From NCBI RefSeq assembly GCF_006345805.1, contig NC_042997.1, positions 59,644,001 through 59,708,000 of the forward strand: 64,000 nt of DNA, read 5' to 3'. The number at the start of each line of letters is the position of its first letter. The stretch's first letter is position 1. Of the stretch, positions 37,574-50,234 are shown in pieces. The position numbers and the translations under genes were made by a program. The notes below the pieces were generated by a model that saw only the letters and a list, made by a program, of their open reading frames with translations, ran no database searches and was not told where the DNA came from. Source of the stretch: Octopus sinensis. Lineage: Eukaryota.

Positions 37574-39059
37574 CTGGAAATAGGAAAACAAATGATTAAG
37601 AACAATCTGCGCTTGGGCAGCAAAATCAACCCCCATAATGCATAAATTATCAATATGCAGAAAAAATTATTACCAAGTCAAAAACATGACTGAAAATGTT
37701 GTAACAATTGCTAGGTGTTATAATTGTTTGTATGCACTGATGTCGTCTGAATGTAAAGAAATCTTTAGAGCTCATCTTAATTTTCAATTTTGCCATTGTC
37801 TTCCCATAAAAGTTTAGTCTTTTTTTGAAGTGCCAAGTAAGAATTAACAAGAAATTTAAAGGAATGATATGTTATACCAAATACCTTCTGAAATTGAGAA
37901 ATAATATAAACAAGTTGATTCATTTAATTTCATTATTTCAATTGAGAAAGTTATCCTCAGACTGAAGACCTACTCCAAAAATTTGCAAAAGAGGGCACCT
38001 AAGAGACAGGTAGTTGTGTTTTGAAAGCCACAATTTCCCAATTTCCTCCTTACTCTCTAAACTAATAAATGCTAATGCTTCTTTATATTTTATTATAACA
38101 GAAATCACTATTAAGGCGATTGGTAGCAGAATCATCAGAACATTGGACAAAATGATTTCTGGATACATTTGGCTGTTTAGGGAGTCCAAGCATCATTTAG
38201 ATACTAGAGTTGATATAATTGATCATTATCATCTCCTAAATTTCTGATTTTATGTCTATATAAGAAATTATTATTATTGTTATTAATAATGATAAGGTGG
38301 TGAGCTGCAGAATCGTTAGTATGCTGGGTGAAATGCTTAGCAGCTTTTCGTCTGTCTGCACATTCTGAGTTCAAATTCTGCTGAGGTCGACTTTACCTTT
38401 CATTCTTTCAGGGTTGATAAATTAAGTACCAGTTGAGTACTGGGGTTGATGTAATCAACTTACCCCCTCCTCCAAAATTTCAGGCCTTGTGCCTATAGTA
38501 GGAAGGATTATTATTATCATTATATTATTTTAAAAGAATTGATGTAACTCTTGACAAAGGTAAATAGACAATACAGAGAGCATGATGTGATGGCAATAGA
38601 TATTCTATTGCAATCGCATCACACTCTTTGTATTGTTTATTATTATTATTATTTGGCACACTTGACAAAATGCTTAGCAGCATTTTGTCTGTCTACGTTC
38701 TAAGTTCAAATTCTGCTGAGATTGACTTTGCCTTTTATCCTTTCAGGGTCGATGAAATACAAACCAGTTGAGTACTGGGGCTGATGTAATCAATTACACC
38801 TCACCCCAAAATTTGCAGTCTTATACTCATGTTAGCAACTGTATAATTAGTATAATTATTTATGCACCCACATGATACTAAAAAACTGGGGGAGGGAGTT
38901 AGGGTTAGGGTTTTTTACTTCCAATGTATTTTTATAGTATAGTATAAAAAAAAACTCTACAACTCTTCTAGCAACAACAAAACCCATAAGCTTTGCCAGC
39001 CTTTTACTCTGTCACATGCTGTGATCACCATTCAAAGAGATTTAACTCTTTCTGATTCT

Positions 39060-39830
39060 GAGTCACTTTAGTACAGTTAGTTCTATTGCTTGTTTCCAAA
39101 TGTTAGTGAACAAGTGCTTCAGTGACTTGGATCCTTTCATTATAACAAAACAGTACTACATTCCCCTGTTGAAATTTGACACTTTCTGGAAACTCCACTG
39201 CTGGAATAATATTACCATCAAACCTACAAACAAAAGTGGTGCTCTGATGTCTGACACATCAATTTTTGTCAATGGAAAAGCAGCACTCTACTAGCCTGAG
39301 AATGTACTCTTCAACTGGAAATTAACCAAAGATTTAATCAAAACCAAATACTGTCACAGTTCAAGAATTAATTTCTTTGAATCTACTTTAACTTTTGCCA
39401 TTAATCTCATCATAATTCTATCCCATCAAATTTCTACTACATAATTCTCCATATCCATAAATCCAACAATCTCTATCACTCTTAACATCTCTATTTGTAA
39501 TTGTCTCACTGAGACTCACCCCAGTTACTTCAATAAACTGCTATCACTCTTTGCTCTGCCTAACCATACCACAGTAAGCATGTCCTATACCTCTTTTTCT
39601 TATTCCATCCTGGACCCACATAACCTCTTTTCACCATGGATATCCTTGTACATCAGTGGATTTCAACCAATTTTATCTACGGACTCCTTTGATTACTATT
39701 TTATTCTGGTGGTCCTCCATAGCCATTTGATGTTTAAATTCACTTCCATCAGTATTCTAGATATTCCTGTTATTACTGTTTCTTGTCATAAATACATCCA
39801 AAGTAACACTTTTTTCATGGACTCTTAAAA
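39060..39830 (+). mobile_element. Decayed Penelope-like element RT
   Basis: NITIKPTNKSGAL (IKPADKG-like), ILHIHKSNN (PKIHKxN-like), FKFTSISILDI and TDSFDY-like motifs in the expected order. Confidence 0.55.
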
Positions 39831-39924
39831 CATTACTGTGGATTCCCAATTTATCATTTTGCTTGCATGGACTCCATAAGTTACTAGTGTAGGTTGAACT
39901 ATGTATACATTCACACACAAGTGT

Positions 39925-41480
39925 ATATCATCATTATCCTTTAACATCTGTTTTCCATGCTGACATGGGTTTGATGGTTTGACAGGATCCAGCAAGCTGC
40001 AGGGTTGTGCCAAATTCTAGTGTCAGTTTTGGTATGGTTTCTGTGGCTGGATTGCATTCCTAATGCCAACTACATTACAGTGTGTACTGAGTGCTGTTTT
40101 TTTTTTCCATGCCACCAGCCCTAGTGAGGTTGCTAAGTAACTTGTAAGACAAAAAGAACAGCGAAAAAGGAAAAACTCTTCCTATTGAGTGGGTGGTGTG
40201 AGTATTTGAGAGGGTAGGGTGGCTTTATATCGGGTGTTGATAGAAAGGACATGCACAGATGTCTTGCTATAAAGGAGATACATGGCTACCCCACATTTTA
40301 TAGGGGTGAGTAGGAATAATAGAGAGGGAGATAAAAGAAAGTAGTGATGCAGAGCCAGAGCAAACTCTCAAGATACAAGAAGGTGAGCATACGAGAGGTT
40401 AAGGACAGTGGGACATAGGAGGGGCAGAGAGAGTGGATACTTTCATAAGTGTGTGAAAGGAGAGTTACAGATGGTTAGAGAGGGGGTGGGGAATAGAGAT
40501 GAATGTAGTAAGTGAGGAACAAAGGTGGATGTGATGTTGATGGGAAATATCAGTATGGATAGATGCAATGTGGGAGAGATGGAAGTGGCTCAATAAAGAT
40601 AGATCTGAAGGTATGGAGCTGAGGTGAAGAAGTGGTGTGAAGGGAGATATAGGGTACGGAAGGGTGGTTAGAGAGAGCAGGGTGTGATGACGGATATGGG
40701 AGGGTGCTGAGAAAGATAGTAAGTGTGTGAGATGTTAAAATGAGTATGGTAGAGGAGATAACTGTAGGCACAGGTAGGAGGTGACTGGAAAACAGTGAGT
40801 GATGAAGCAAGGATAATGGGAATAAGGGATGGAAGTGGCTCCAGCAAAGAGGCTGTAACTGGTGTTGCAAAAAAAGGGGGAGGAATAACACATGCCAATA
40901 CCTGCCTCAAGTGATTACAGCCACCAAATAGTGCCATGGATAGAGGAGTGATGGAGAGCTGGATGTTAGGGAATAAAATGTGGGACAGAATGGATTACAA
41001 ACAATCAGAATGCTTTTAGGATATCAGTTTGCTGTTGTGGGTAGGTCTTCTCAAAAACAGCACAACACCCATCATCTTGGTCCTATGTCATCTCTTCTGT
41101 AAGGCTCAGCATCTTTAGATCAGCCTGCACTGCATCATCCCATGTCTTCCTAGGACTCCCTCTTCCACAATTTCCATCTGCTTTAAGCAACCAGTACTTC
41201 TTTATGCAGCTATCCTCATCCATATGCATCGCATGACCAAACCAGTGCAGCCTTCTTTCTTTTATACTGCATCTAATCCCACTTATACCTAACTTTTTTC
41301 TCAATACTCTAGCACTCTGTTGCACATGTACACTAACTTTACATTAACATTACATCCAGAGGAGCATACAAGCTTCATTCCCTCTAGTCTTCCCATGTCC
41401 TCTGCATTCAGGGTCCATGTCTTACTACCATGTAGCATTGCAGTTTGTATACAGGCATCATACAGTCTAATTTACCTTTC
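39925..41480 (-). mobile_element. 5'-truncated RTE with a long pyrimidine-rich 3'UTR and family-F tail
   Basis: ORF 41083-41325 (LRKKLGISGIRCSIKERRLHWFGH...GRGSPRKTW), then ~0.9 kb of C/T-rich sequence and the F terminus. A similar UTR lies at 45830-46730 (-) and 59410-59765 (+). Confidence 0.7.
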
Positions 41481-41540
41481 ATTCAGAGAGAGACCTTTTG
41501 TTGCCAACAGAGGTAGACAACAGCTTTTTTTTCATATATA

Positions 41541-41594
<54 letters not shown>

Positions 41595-42290
41595 CCAAGA
41601 AAGTTAGGGGTCGTGAATCCAACCCACTAAGGGATAATATCTATCCAATATACTGTTGGCATAGAATAATATGCTATATGTATGTTGTTATAATTATCAG
41701 TTTAATAAATAAATAAGTTAACATTTTTAATCTAAAGTTGATGAACCAACTATTGTTCTTCTCCATTTTTTTTATTTGCAATATATATATACACACACAC
41801 ATACATGCTAGCTATTGGAAATCTATAATCAACATTAACTAAGCTATTTTTCACAAAATGCATGGTAATTTATGTCTCAATATACATATATCTGTCTAGA
41901 TGGAGAGATAAACTTATATATTTATTTCAAAGGGAGGAGGGATTGACCCCAGTACTTCATGGTACTTTATTTTATCAACCCTAAAATGATGAAAGCCAAC
42001 ACTGACTTCATTGGAGTTTGAAATCAGAACAAAAAAAGAATCAGAAGAAATACTGCAACACATTTTCCCCCAATGTTCCAATGCAATGATTCAGCCAATC
42101 TGATGCTTTCATGCATATGTATGTATATATATTCATTAATCTATAATAATATATAATGTATAAATGTTTATTAATATGCATTCTAAACTCCTCTTTAATA
42201 TTTAATTATAGAAAAAAATTTCAGTAATTCTTGTTTATTTTCCTCAGGAACATTTGGCAAAAAATGTACAATGCTGAGAATAATACCTAC

Positions 42291-42394
42291 CTTGAAAGCA
42301 AGAGCAGCAATAGCAGAAACAAGCCAAAATGGGAAGAACCAGACGTTGAAGTACAGTTCCATCTGGAAAGGTAAGCTGGTTACGTATTCATGAC
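42291..42394 (-). CDS. TMEM17: TMEM17 exon 2 (104 nt)
   Basis: ttttttctctcag acceptor and gtaggt donor. Encodes (G)HEYVTSLPFQMELYFNVWFFPFWLVSAIAALAFK, matching the TMEM17/TMEM216 family SLxxQMxLYFN motif. Not in the ORF track. Confidence 0.92.
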
Positions 42395-42437
42395 CTGAGA
42401 GAAAAAAATGTAAACATCTCTATGGTTGCACACACAG

Positions 42438-42484
<47 letters not shown>

Positions 42485-42720
42485 CATGCATGTTACATTT
42501 TTCAGTCCTTGGACTGCAGCCATGTTGGAGCACTTTGAAGGGTTTAGTCAAACAAATCAATCTCAGTACTTACTTTTTAAGCCTGGTGCTTATCCTATCA
42601 GTTTCTTTTGCCAAACTACTATGTTATGGTGACATAAACAAACCAACACTAGTTGTCAAGCAGGGACAAACACATACACAAAGCACCCTGCCCACATACA
42701 TACATATATATATATATATA

Positions 42721-42771
42721 ATTGTTAAAGAGGACAACAAACATGAAACGTTTGTTGTCCTCTTTAACAAT
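42721..42771. repeat. Perfect 22-bp-arm hairpin
   Basis: attgttaaagaggacaacaaac-atgaaac-gtttgttgtcctctttaacaat. Confidence 0.9.
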
Positions 42772-42907
42772 TATATATCTGCTATATCAGAAGTCTACAA
42801 TGGCTCCATGACTACTGTCTTGGCTACAACCTTGGAGCCCTAGTAATCTGTTACAGCACTTACCTAATCTTCTAGATAACTTGTGAACTAAACCCCCATA
42901 CTTTGTA

Positions 42908-42952
<45 letters not shown>

Positions 42953-43034
42953 TGGTGATTGAGGTAGTTAAGGTGATAGGATTAATAAGTTAAGAATAGT
43001 CTTATATAATATAACAGTGACATTTATCTCTGCA

Positions 43035-44135
43035 TATGCTCAACTTGCTGGACTGTTTCTGTGAGTCTTTTCTGAAGACTACCTCAACAACAAAGGACAA
43101 TTACCTTATTATTGTAGCTGGTGACTTCAATGGTCATGTTAGGCAACACATCAATGGAATTTCATGGTGTACATGAAGGTTTTTGCTTTGGCACTAGAAA
43201 TGAGGAGGGGACAAGAGTCCTGAAGTTTTTGGTTTGAAACACTAATTTCAGGAAACCAGCCAACCATCTTATCACTTATCAGTTTGTGTGCACTCAAGCC
43301 AGATTAACTATATTCTCGTCAGAAGCAGGAGTAGACAGATGTTTATAAATGCAGAGTCCTTTCCCAGTGAGGAATGTACAGCTCAACACAAGTTAGTAGT
43401 TAGCAACGTCAGATTTAGGGCTAAATGGATACAGAGATGTAAACCAATTTGGAAAAGGAAATTATGGAAGCTCAAAGATCCATTAAACCATCAGAGATTT
43501 AGAGACATTCTGATTAAAGAGGAGGAGGTTGTGACATATAATGTAGAAGACAACTGGAAGTTCATATAAGACAACCTACTGAAGGCAGCAGACCAAATCT
43601 ATGGTTTGGGCAAAGTCTCTACCAGACAGAGAGTGACTTGGTGGCAGAACAGTGAGATAGATAAGGTTATAAAAGTGAAGAGACAGGCCTGGAAAGAATC
43701 GAGAAGTGGAGGTGGCAAAGAGCTATATCAGGTATACAAGAGGGAAGTTAGGCAACAGGTTTTATCTAGCAAGGGCAGAAGTATAAAAGAGGTGGTTTGC
43801 CAATGTTTCACAACATGAAGATTGGAGACTTGAAGTGTTCCAGATCTCTAGACAGTGTGTCAGAGAGAATCAAGATATTGTGGGAGAGAAGTGTGTACAG
43901 ATAGATAATGATATGCTTGCACTCAGTGACTCTGAAAAGAAAGAGGTATGGAAGTGCTATTATGAAAGGCTATTAAATGTGGAGAATGAGAGTGAACCTA
44001 ACAGAAGGACTAGGTGTTCATGTCAACAACAGTATGATAAATAAGGCAATTAAGGATATGAAGACAAGGAAAGACTCATATCCATCAGGTGTAATCACTG
44101 AGATGCTTAAAGTATCTGGTGGAGTAGGATACAGA
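43035..44135 (+). mobile_element. Decayed RTE LINE, APE endonuclease and linker
   Basis: IIVAGDFNGHV, TNFRKPANHLITYQ, SQINYILVR, EECTAQHKLVV, TWWQNSEIDKVI; frameshifted. Confidence 0.75.
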
Positions 44136-44454
44136 TGATATATCAATAAAGAACTCATGTATTTTTTCAGTGGTTTAAATAGTTAGGGTACATCTGGTAT
44201 CTTTTACTTTTGCTCGTTTCAGTCATGGACTGTGGTCATACTGGAGCACTGCCTTGAAGGGTTTTAGTCGACTAAATCAACCCAGCACTAATTTTTTCAA
44301 TTTTTTTTAAAAGTCTGGTATTTATTCTGTTGGTCTCCCTGTGCCAAATTGCTAAGTTACAAGGATGTAAACAAACCAACACCATTTCTCGAGCATTGTG
44401 AAGGAGGAGGGAAAAACACAAACACACACATATATATATATATATATGACATAT

Positions 44455-44665
44455 GATGCCACCCTGCTGACTAGATGAGCAGGCCAACATCATTGCATCT
44501 GATCAGAAGGTCAGTGCATCATAGGGATTACCCATTTACAGCTGAGCGTACTAGAGCAACATGAAATAAATTGTTTTGCTCAAGAACAAAACATGCTGAG
44601 AATTAAAACCATGATATCATGATCGAGAGTGCAACACCTCTAACTACTAGGTTACACACACATAC
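44455..44665 (-). mobile_element. tRNA-SINE with a cccatttacagctg...ttgctcaag central domain (family H)
   Basis: Minus-strand head tagtagttagaggtgttgcactc...; similar copy at ~59180-59400. Confidence 0.5.
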
Positions 44666-45016
44666 ACACACAAATCTCTGTTGATTTATCAGAAATTACA
44701 GGACTCAACACAAACGTAGAGTTTTTTTTAATACATAATAACTGAAAGGCTTCATACAGTTCCTAATAACTGAATTCACTCATATGGTTTTGGTCAGCCT
44801 GGGGCTATAGAAGTTATTTGCTCATAGTGCTGCACAGTGAAACTTAAACCCGAAGCCATGTGTTTGCAAAGCAAGCTTCTTAACCACACAGCTTTCCTTG
44901 TTCCTATGAAAAAAACAAAAAAAAATTCTGAAACAACCCCAAAAAACTGGGAAATTGGTTTACATCATCTTATACATACCTAACTGAGATTTGAAACTGA
45001 GTCTGCACACTTGTTA

Positions 45017-45469
45017 CTTGTCAGATGACTGTCTGATTCCATTGTGTTTTATTTCCATGCTTGGAGATTAATGAGACACATCTGACCTCCTAGGATCTTT
45101 GCTGGTCATTGAAGGGTCAGTCCATTGATTTTCTTTTCTACTTTAGGCACAAGGCCTGAAATTTTGGGGAGGGGCCAGTCAATTAGATCGACCCCAGTAC
45201 GCAATTGGTACTTAATTTATTGACCCTGAAAGGATGAAAGGCAAAGTCGACCTCGGCAGAATTTGATCTCAGAACATTAAGACAGATGAAATACTGCAAA
45301 GCATTGCGCCCGGCATGCTAACATTTCTCCCAGCATGGAGATAAATCTCCCTGTATGTTGCTTGTCAGATGACTGTCTGATTCCATTGTGTTTTATTTCC
45401 ATGCTTGGAGTTTAATGAGAAACATCTGACCTCCTAGGATCTTTGCTGATCATTGAAGGGTCAGTCCAT
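45017..45469. repeat. 109-bp direct repeats (45017-45125, 45361-45469) flanking a family-C SINE
   Basis: Copies differ at 3 positions. SINE at ~45126-45335. Confidence 0.9.
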
Positions 45470-46756
45470 CTCTAGCAGTTGAGCGTCCATCATTAACCAG
45501 ACCAAGAAAGGTCAAAATTATGTGATCTAGTGATCTCATTGCTGGAGGTGGCAGGGATTTATCTCCCCACTAGTGATATAAACAAGAGTGCATTTTGCAC
45601 CAAAATCCAGTATGAGAGTTTCTTTCATGGTATCTACTGCAGTATAGTTTGTTCTAACAGAACATCTACATTTAAGTGAGGATAAATATTACCTTATGGC
45701 ATCAATACAGCCTCTGTTGCTTACATACATATTTTAAATGATATGATATAAAGCTTATATTAATTTTGTCTTATAATTTTTTGATGTTATCTATGCTATT
45801 TCATTGTGAATATCTTTTAACATTATATGTATCATTATTAAACATTTATGTTCTCTGCTGACATGGGATGGATGGTTTCATATAATCTAATAGATCCGTC
45901 ATGCACCAATGTCTGTTTTGGCATGGATGGATTCTATAACTGAATGCACTTTACAAGGTGTACTGGGAGTTTTTTTCATGCCACTAGTTCAGTTGAGATC
46001 ACTATGCAACTTGTAAGACTAAGAATTCCAGAGTGGGGGTGGCTTTATGCTCAAAGACAAGAGAGTCAAAGTATGAGGGAAGGAGGAAAAGCAGGTTTTT
46101 ATGTTGTAGAAGAACTACATTTAAAAGAAAGGGTGAGAATGATCAGGTGAGCTGGAAAGAGATACATAGTGGTGATAAAGTGTCTAGGTGGCCCCCCAAG
46201 GTACAATGTGAGTAGAAAAGGATGGGGACAGAGGAACTAGAAATGTGGGAGAGGGGGCTGCAAGAGTACATGGGAAAATGCGAGAGGGATAAAAAGTAGG
46301 CAACAACTGTAAAGATTGGGTAGAGTTGAAGGGTGGATGTAAGGAATAGTGGATAAAGGCTGGAGTGGGGATGACCAATGATGGTTCAGTTGGGGATGAC
46401 CACTGATGTAGAAGAGAGTGGGGGAGAGCAGTAGGATAGTTATAGTGAAAGTAATGATACAGTTTACAGGGAGAAGACAAGAGAGAGATTATGTTTGGTT
46501 GGGTAGGCTGCAGGGGTGGAGAAGGAGGGGCAAGTATAGTGCATGATGAGATAATTTGAACGTTCAGTAGACAGGGGTTACCAATGCAATGTGAGTGAGA
46601 GAACAATGAGTGAAGAATGGCCAAAAAGTGAAATAATTGGAGGTAACAAGAAAAATATGTGGCATCAAGGGAGAGCTGGAGTGAGAGAGATTACAGGTGG
46701 AGGGAGTGATAAGAGGAATAGATAGGGTGAAGGGCCTATTTTTGTAAATATATATA

Positions 46757-46787
<31 letters not shown>

Positions 46788-46789
46788 GT

Positions 46790-47569
46790 GCTTTCAGAAC
46801 TCAAGAACTGTGAATAACCATCTGAATTGAGCTTAAGACCCTGTTCAAAGATGTGGGGAAGAATTTTGGCATGCAGATGCAGAGTGCTCATTGTGCCCCT
46901 TCTTGCTGACCATGGCTTTATAGTTTCTGCAGCAGCTGTGCATCTCTTACAGCCTTTATTGTGTTTACATTGCATGGAGCAGCCGTCTTGATGTTGGCAT
47001 TTTGATACCTGGTGTGTATCATCAGGATACAAGTAACTCTTTTCCAATACTCAGATGACTTCCAGTCCTCCATTTTATCTAACTTATTCGCAACTACAAC
47101 CTTAATCTTTACTAGCGCTATGACCCGACAACGCCGGGTCATAGTGCTAGTGCATGCATATACAGCTGCGTGCGTGCGTACATACACTTGAGTACTGTCC
47201 AAATCTCCGACCAATCACATACAGCTAGCTGGCATTCAATTGGCGTATCAAGTTTCAGGCATTTTGATTGGGTTTAGGATAGAAAATTCACAAAAAAGTC
47301 ACTCCAATTGATTTTTTAATGGCTTTGCGGGGTGACTGGGGAAATGTAAAGATATGCACGACCACCCTTGGATGGCTTTGAATGACCATAGAAAGTGCGA
47401 GCCCTCTAATTGAAAAATTGTGAATTTGTATAAAGGACACACACAGAGACATTTTGCCGTTTATATATATAGAGATGTTCTCCAATGCCACTGACTGCTC
47501 ACCAATACACCAAGCTGTTCCTGAAAAAATGTGATTTAAAAAATCATTAAATTTAGCCTAAACACCCTG
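46790..47569 (-). mobile_element. Second maT/Tc1-like relic (5' part), interrupted by a Helitron
   Basis: TA|CAGGGTGTTTAGGCTAAATTT terminus; colinear with ~30604-30990. Confidence 0.7.
47112..47475 (-). mobile_element. Non-autonomous Helitron (364 bp)
   Basis: A|TCTCTATA...CTAG|T, no TSD, 3' hairpin ctagcactatgacccg-gcgttgt-cgggtcatagcgctag. Removing it restores the sequence seen in the 30604 copy. Confidence 0.8.
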
Positions 47570-47879
47570 TATATATCATCATTTAATGTCTATGTTCCAT
47601 GTTGCCATGGGCTGGACAGTTTGACAAAGATCCAATGAGTTCAAGTACTGCATAATACTCCAGTGGCTGTTCTGGCATGATTTCTACAGCTTGATGCCCT
47701 TCCTATTCCCAACTATTTTACAGTGTGTACTGGGTGCTTTTTTCATGCCACCAACACTACTGAGGTCACCATGTAGTCTGAAGAGATTCTGCATCCTTAT
47801 TTATGTTAGGCTTTAAAATACGAGTGAAGGCATTGGGGGCAGAGCAGGTTCTTGTCAAAGAGCTACATGGTTGCTCACA

Positions 47880-49040
47880 TTTAGGAGAGAGAGAGTAAGA
47901 ATGAACTGGCGGTATCTTTCCTTATGTGTTTATTAATGGCAATTGGCTTTACACAACAAATCAGACAAGTGACTAGGACAAATTCCAAGTGAAACTGAAG
48001 TTCATATGACGGTGGAATGACATGGCTGATAGGGCTGTAAAAACTAAAAGAAAGGTTTGGAAAACTTGGAAGAAAGGTAGTAGTAAGGAGCATTATCAAA
48101 TGGCTGGGAGAGCAGTTAGATGACAAGTACACCTGGCTAAGAATGAGTCAGAAAGGAAGAGATTTGCACATGTTCTACAATGTGAGGATCAGAGGCATGA
48201 AGTGTTCAGGATTGCAAGATATGTAAGAGAGAACCAGGACATCATTATAAGAAGTGTATTTGGAAAGTTGAAGGCAGAGTCACTAACGGTATGGAAGACA
48301 AGAAAGTAGCATGGAGATACTATTATGAGAGGCTGTTATATGTGGAGTTACCTTATACTAAATCTGGAGCAGAACCAGCATTTCAAGATGATAACAGCAT
48401 GATAGATAAAGTGATTAAAGACATGAAAGCTATGAGTCCATCAGGGATAGTTGTAAAGATGCTCAAAATATCTGATGAGGTAGGATACATGACAATGGCC
48501 TGGATAATTAATAATATTATAGAAAAAAGTCATACCCAATGACTGGTTAGCAATATCATCATAAACTGCTACAAAGACAAAGGAAAGCCCTTTAAAGAGA
48601 AACAATCATCATCATCACCATCATCATCGTTTAACGTCTGTTTTCCATGCTAGCATGGGTTGGACGGTTCGACCGGGATCTGGGAAGCCAGAAGGCTGCA
48701 CCAGGCTCCAGTCTGATCTGGCAGTGTTTCTACAGCTGGATGCCCTTCCTAACGCCAACCACTCCGTGAGTGTAGTTGGATCAGGTTATGAAGGTCATAG
48801 GGAGAGTCATAACATAATTTATCCATGTCAGAGTAGCGTTAGATGAGATGCAATTTGGCTTCATGTACAGAAAAGATACCATAGATGCAATCTTCCTTGT
48901 GAGGCAACTGTAGAAAATAATTGCTCAAAGTACTGAGCTGTGAAATTGTAAACGGTTGAGAAGTGAACTTAACTACATAATCATGGATCAAATGGGAGAC
49001 TGATTTTCTACAGCTTGATACTCTTCCTGTTGCCATGCAA
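47880..49040 (+). mobile_element. Decayed RTE linker/RT start, interrupted by a family-F copy (48605-48780)
   Basis: KKVAWRYYYERLL, PSGIVVKMLKISDEVG, MQFGFMYRKDTIDAIFLVRQL. Confidence 0.65.
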
Positions 49041-49328
49041 GATAATCTTTTCCCTCTAATCTGGACATGTTCATTACAAGAGATCTAAACAAACAACACC
49101 GCTTCATGACGGTAATGTATGTTTGCAAATAAGCGCGCTATTTCAAGACAAGGTGACAGAAACACACCTACGCACACATATATATACGATATGACGTCTG
49201 TGTGTGTGTACACACACACACACATGCAATAACATAAATTTGTGTGACTGGGGGCAGGGCAAAATATTGTGCGTATATACACACATAAGAAAAAAGAAAG
49301 AGAGAGAAAGAAAAATACAACAACCAAC

Positions 49329-49443
49329 CAGAACGTAAAACATTGTGTTGATTCTTTTTGATGCTTTCTCTGGAAACTGGGAATAAGAAATCCGTCATAG
49401 TGCTAACAGTCTTACGTAGCGTGGCTTCCACATTCGAAGCCAT
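49329..49443 (-). CDS. TMEM17: Transmembrane protein 17 (ciliary transition zone), exon 1
   Basis: ATG at 49443-49441, MASNVEATLRKTVSTMTDFLFPVSRESIKKNQHNVLRS+G, donor gttggt at 49328. Phase 1 matches exon 2. Lies in a locally CpG-richer region. Confidence 0.8.
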
Positions 49444-49759
49444 TGTGCAAAATAAAGTGTAGCGAGTTTCAACAAAATGAATAAGTTCGCAGCGATATTA
49501 AAATAAATCGCAGCATTGAAATTATAACAAATTTCATTAGCGAATCATTACATTTCTCTTCTTCGATCGGGAATAGACATCATCCTAACAACGAAGAACT
49601 GTTTCGTGTGACAACTACTTTAGTTTGACTCCATGTTGCTTGTTGCCATAGTGTATTTGTAAACAACAATAGTTTCGCAAAAAGTAATTAAATAATTAAT
49701 TAATTAACGAGTGAAAAGAAAAATATTCTTATCGCTTAGCACTTAATTTAATATGTATT

Positions 49760-49760
<1 letters not shown>
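49444..49760 (-). promoter_or_regulatory. Putative TMEM17 5'UTR/promoter with X-box-like and forkhead motifs
   Basis: CpG retained relative to the flanks. GTTGCCATAG half X-box at 49642-49651, GTTTCGTGTGACAAC at 49601-49615, GTAAACAA at 49659-49666. Confidence 0.45.
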
Positions 49761-49814
<54 letters not shown>

Positions 49815-49822
49815 TTATATAT

Positions 49823-49949
49823 ATATGCGAACTTTAGATTAGTTAAAATACGGTTGTGACTTATTTCAACTTTTGTAACTACAGAGAATATTCTTTTAGA
49901 AGTTGAAATATGTTACAAACATATTTTAACTAACCTAAAGTTCGCATAT
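49823..49949. repeat. 127-bp hairpin element (MITE-like)
   Basis: atatgcgaactttagattagttaaaata vs its reverse complement at 49922-49949 (1 mismatch in 28), plus inner tatttcaactt/aagttgaaata. Confidence 0.85.
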
Positions 49950-50091
49950 GCCTAATCACCTGTTTGACGCTAACACTGTTGAATATATAGATATACTGAA
50001 ATTATATATATATATATTTATATATATAATTAATTTAGACAGACAGTTGTATGCAGTGTATTACCAAAAAGGAAAACTATAATTGTCACTA

Positions 50092-50174
50092 AATGACTAG
50101 GGTTTTAGAACATCTACATTGCTACGAATAAGCTCTTATTTCTAGCAATATAGGTGTTCTAACACCCTAGTCAT

Positions 50175-50175
<1 letters not shown>
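50092..50175. repeat. 84-bp near-perfect palindrome
   Basis: aatgactagggttttagaacatctacattgcta... / ...tagcaatataggtgttctaacaccctagtcatt. Confidence 0.85.

Positions 50176-50234
<59 letters not shown>

Noticed and set aside
37574-37653. N-terminal extension MGVDFAAQAQIVLNHLFSYFQ of TMEM17
   Set aside because: Intronic; the real upstream exons at 42291-42394 and 49329-49443 splice in phase.
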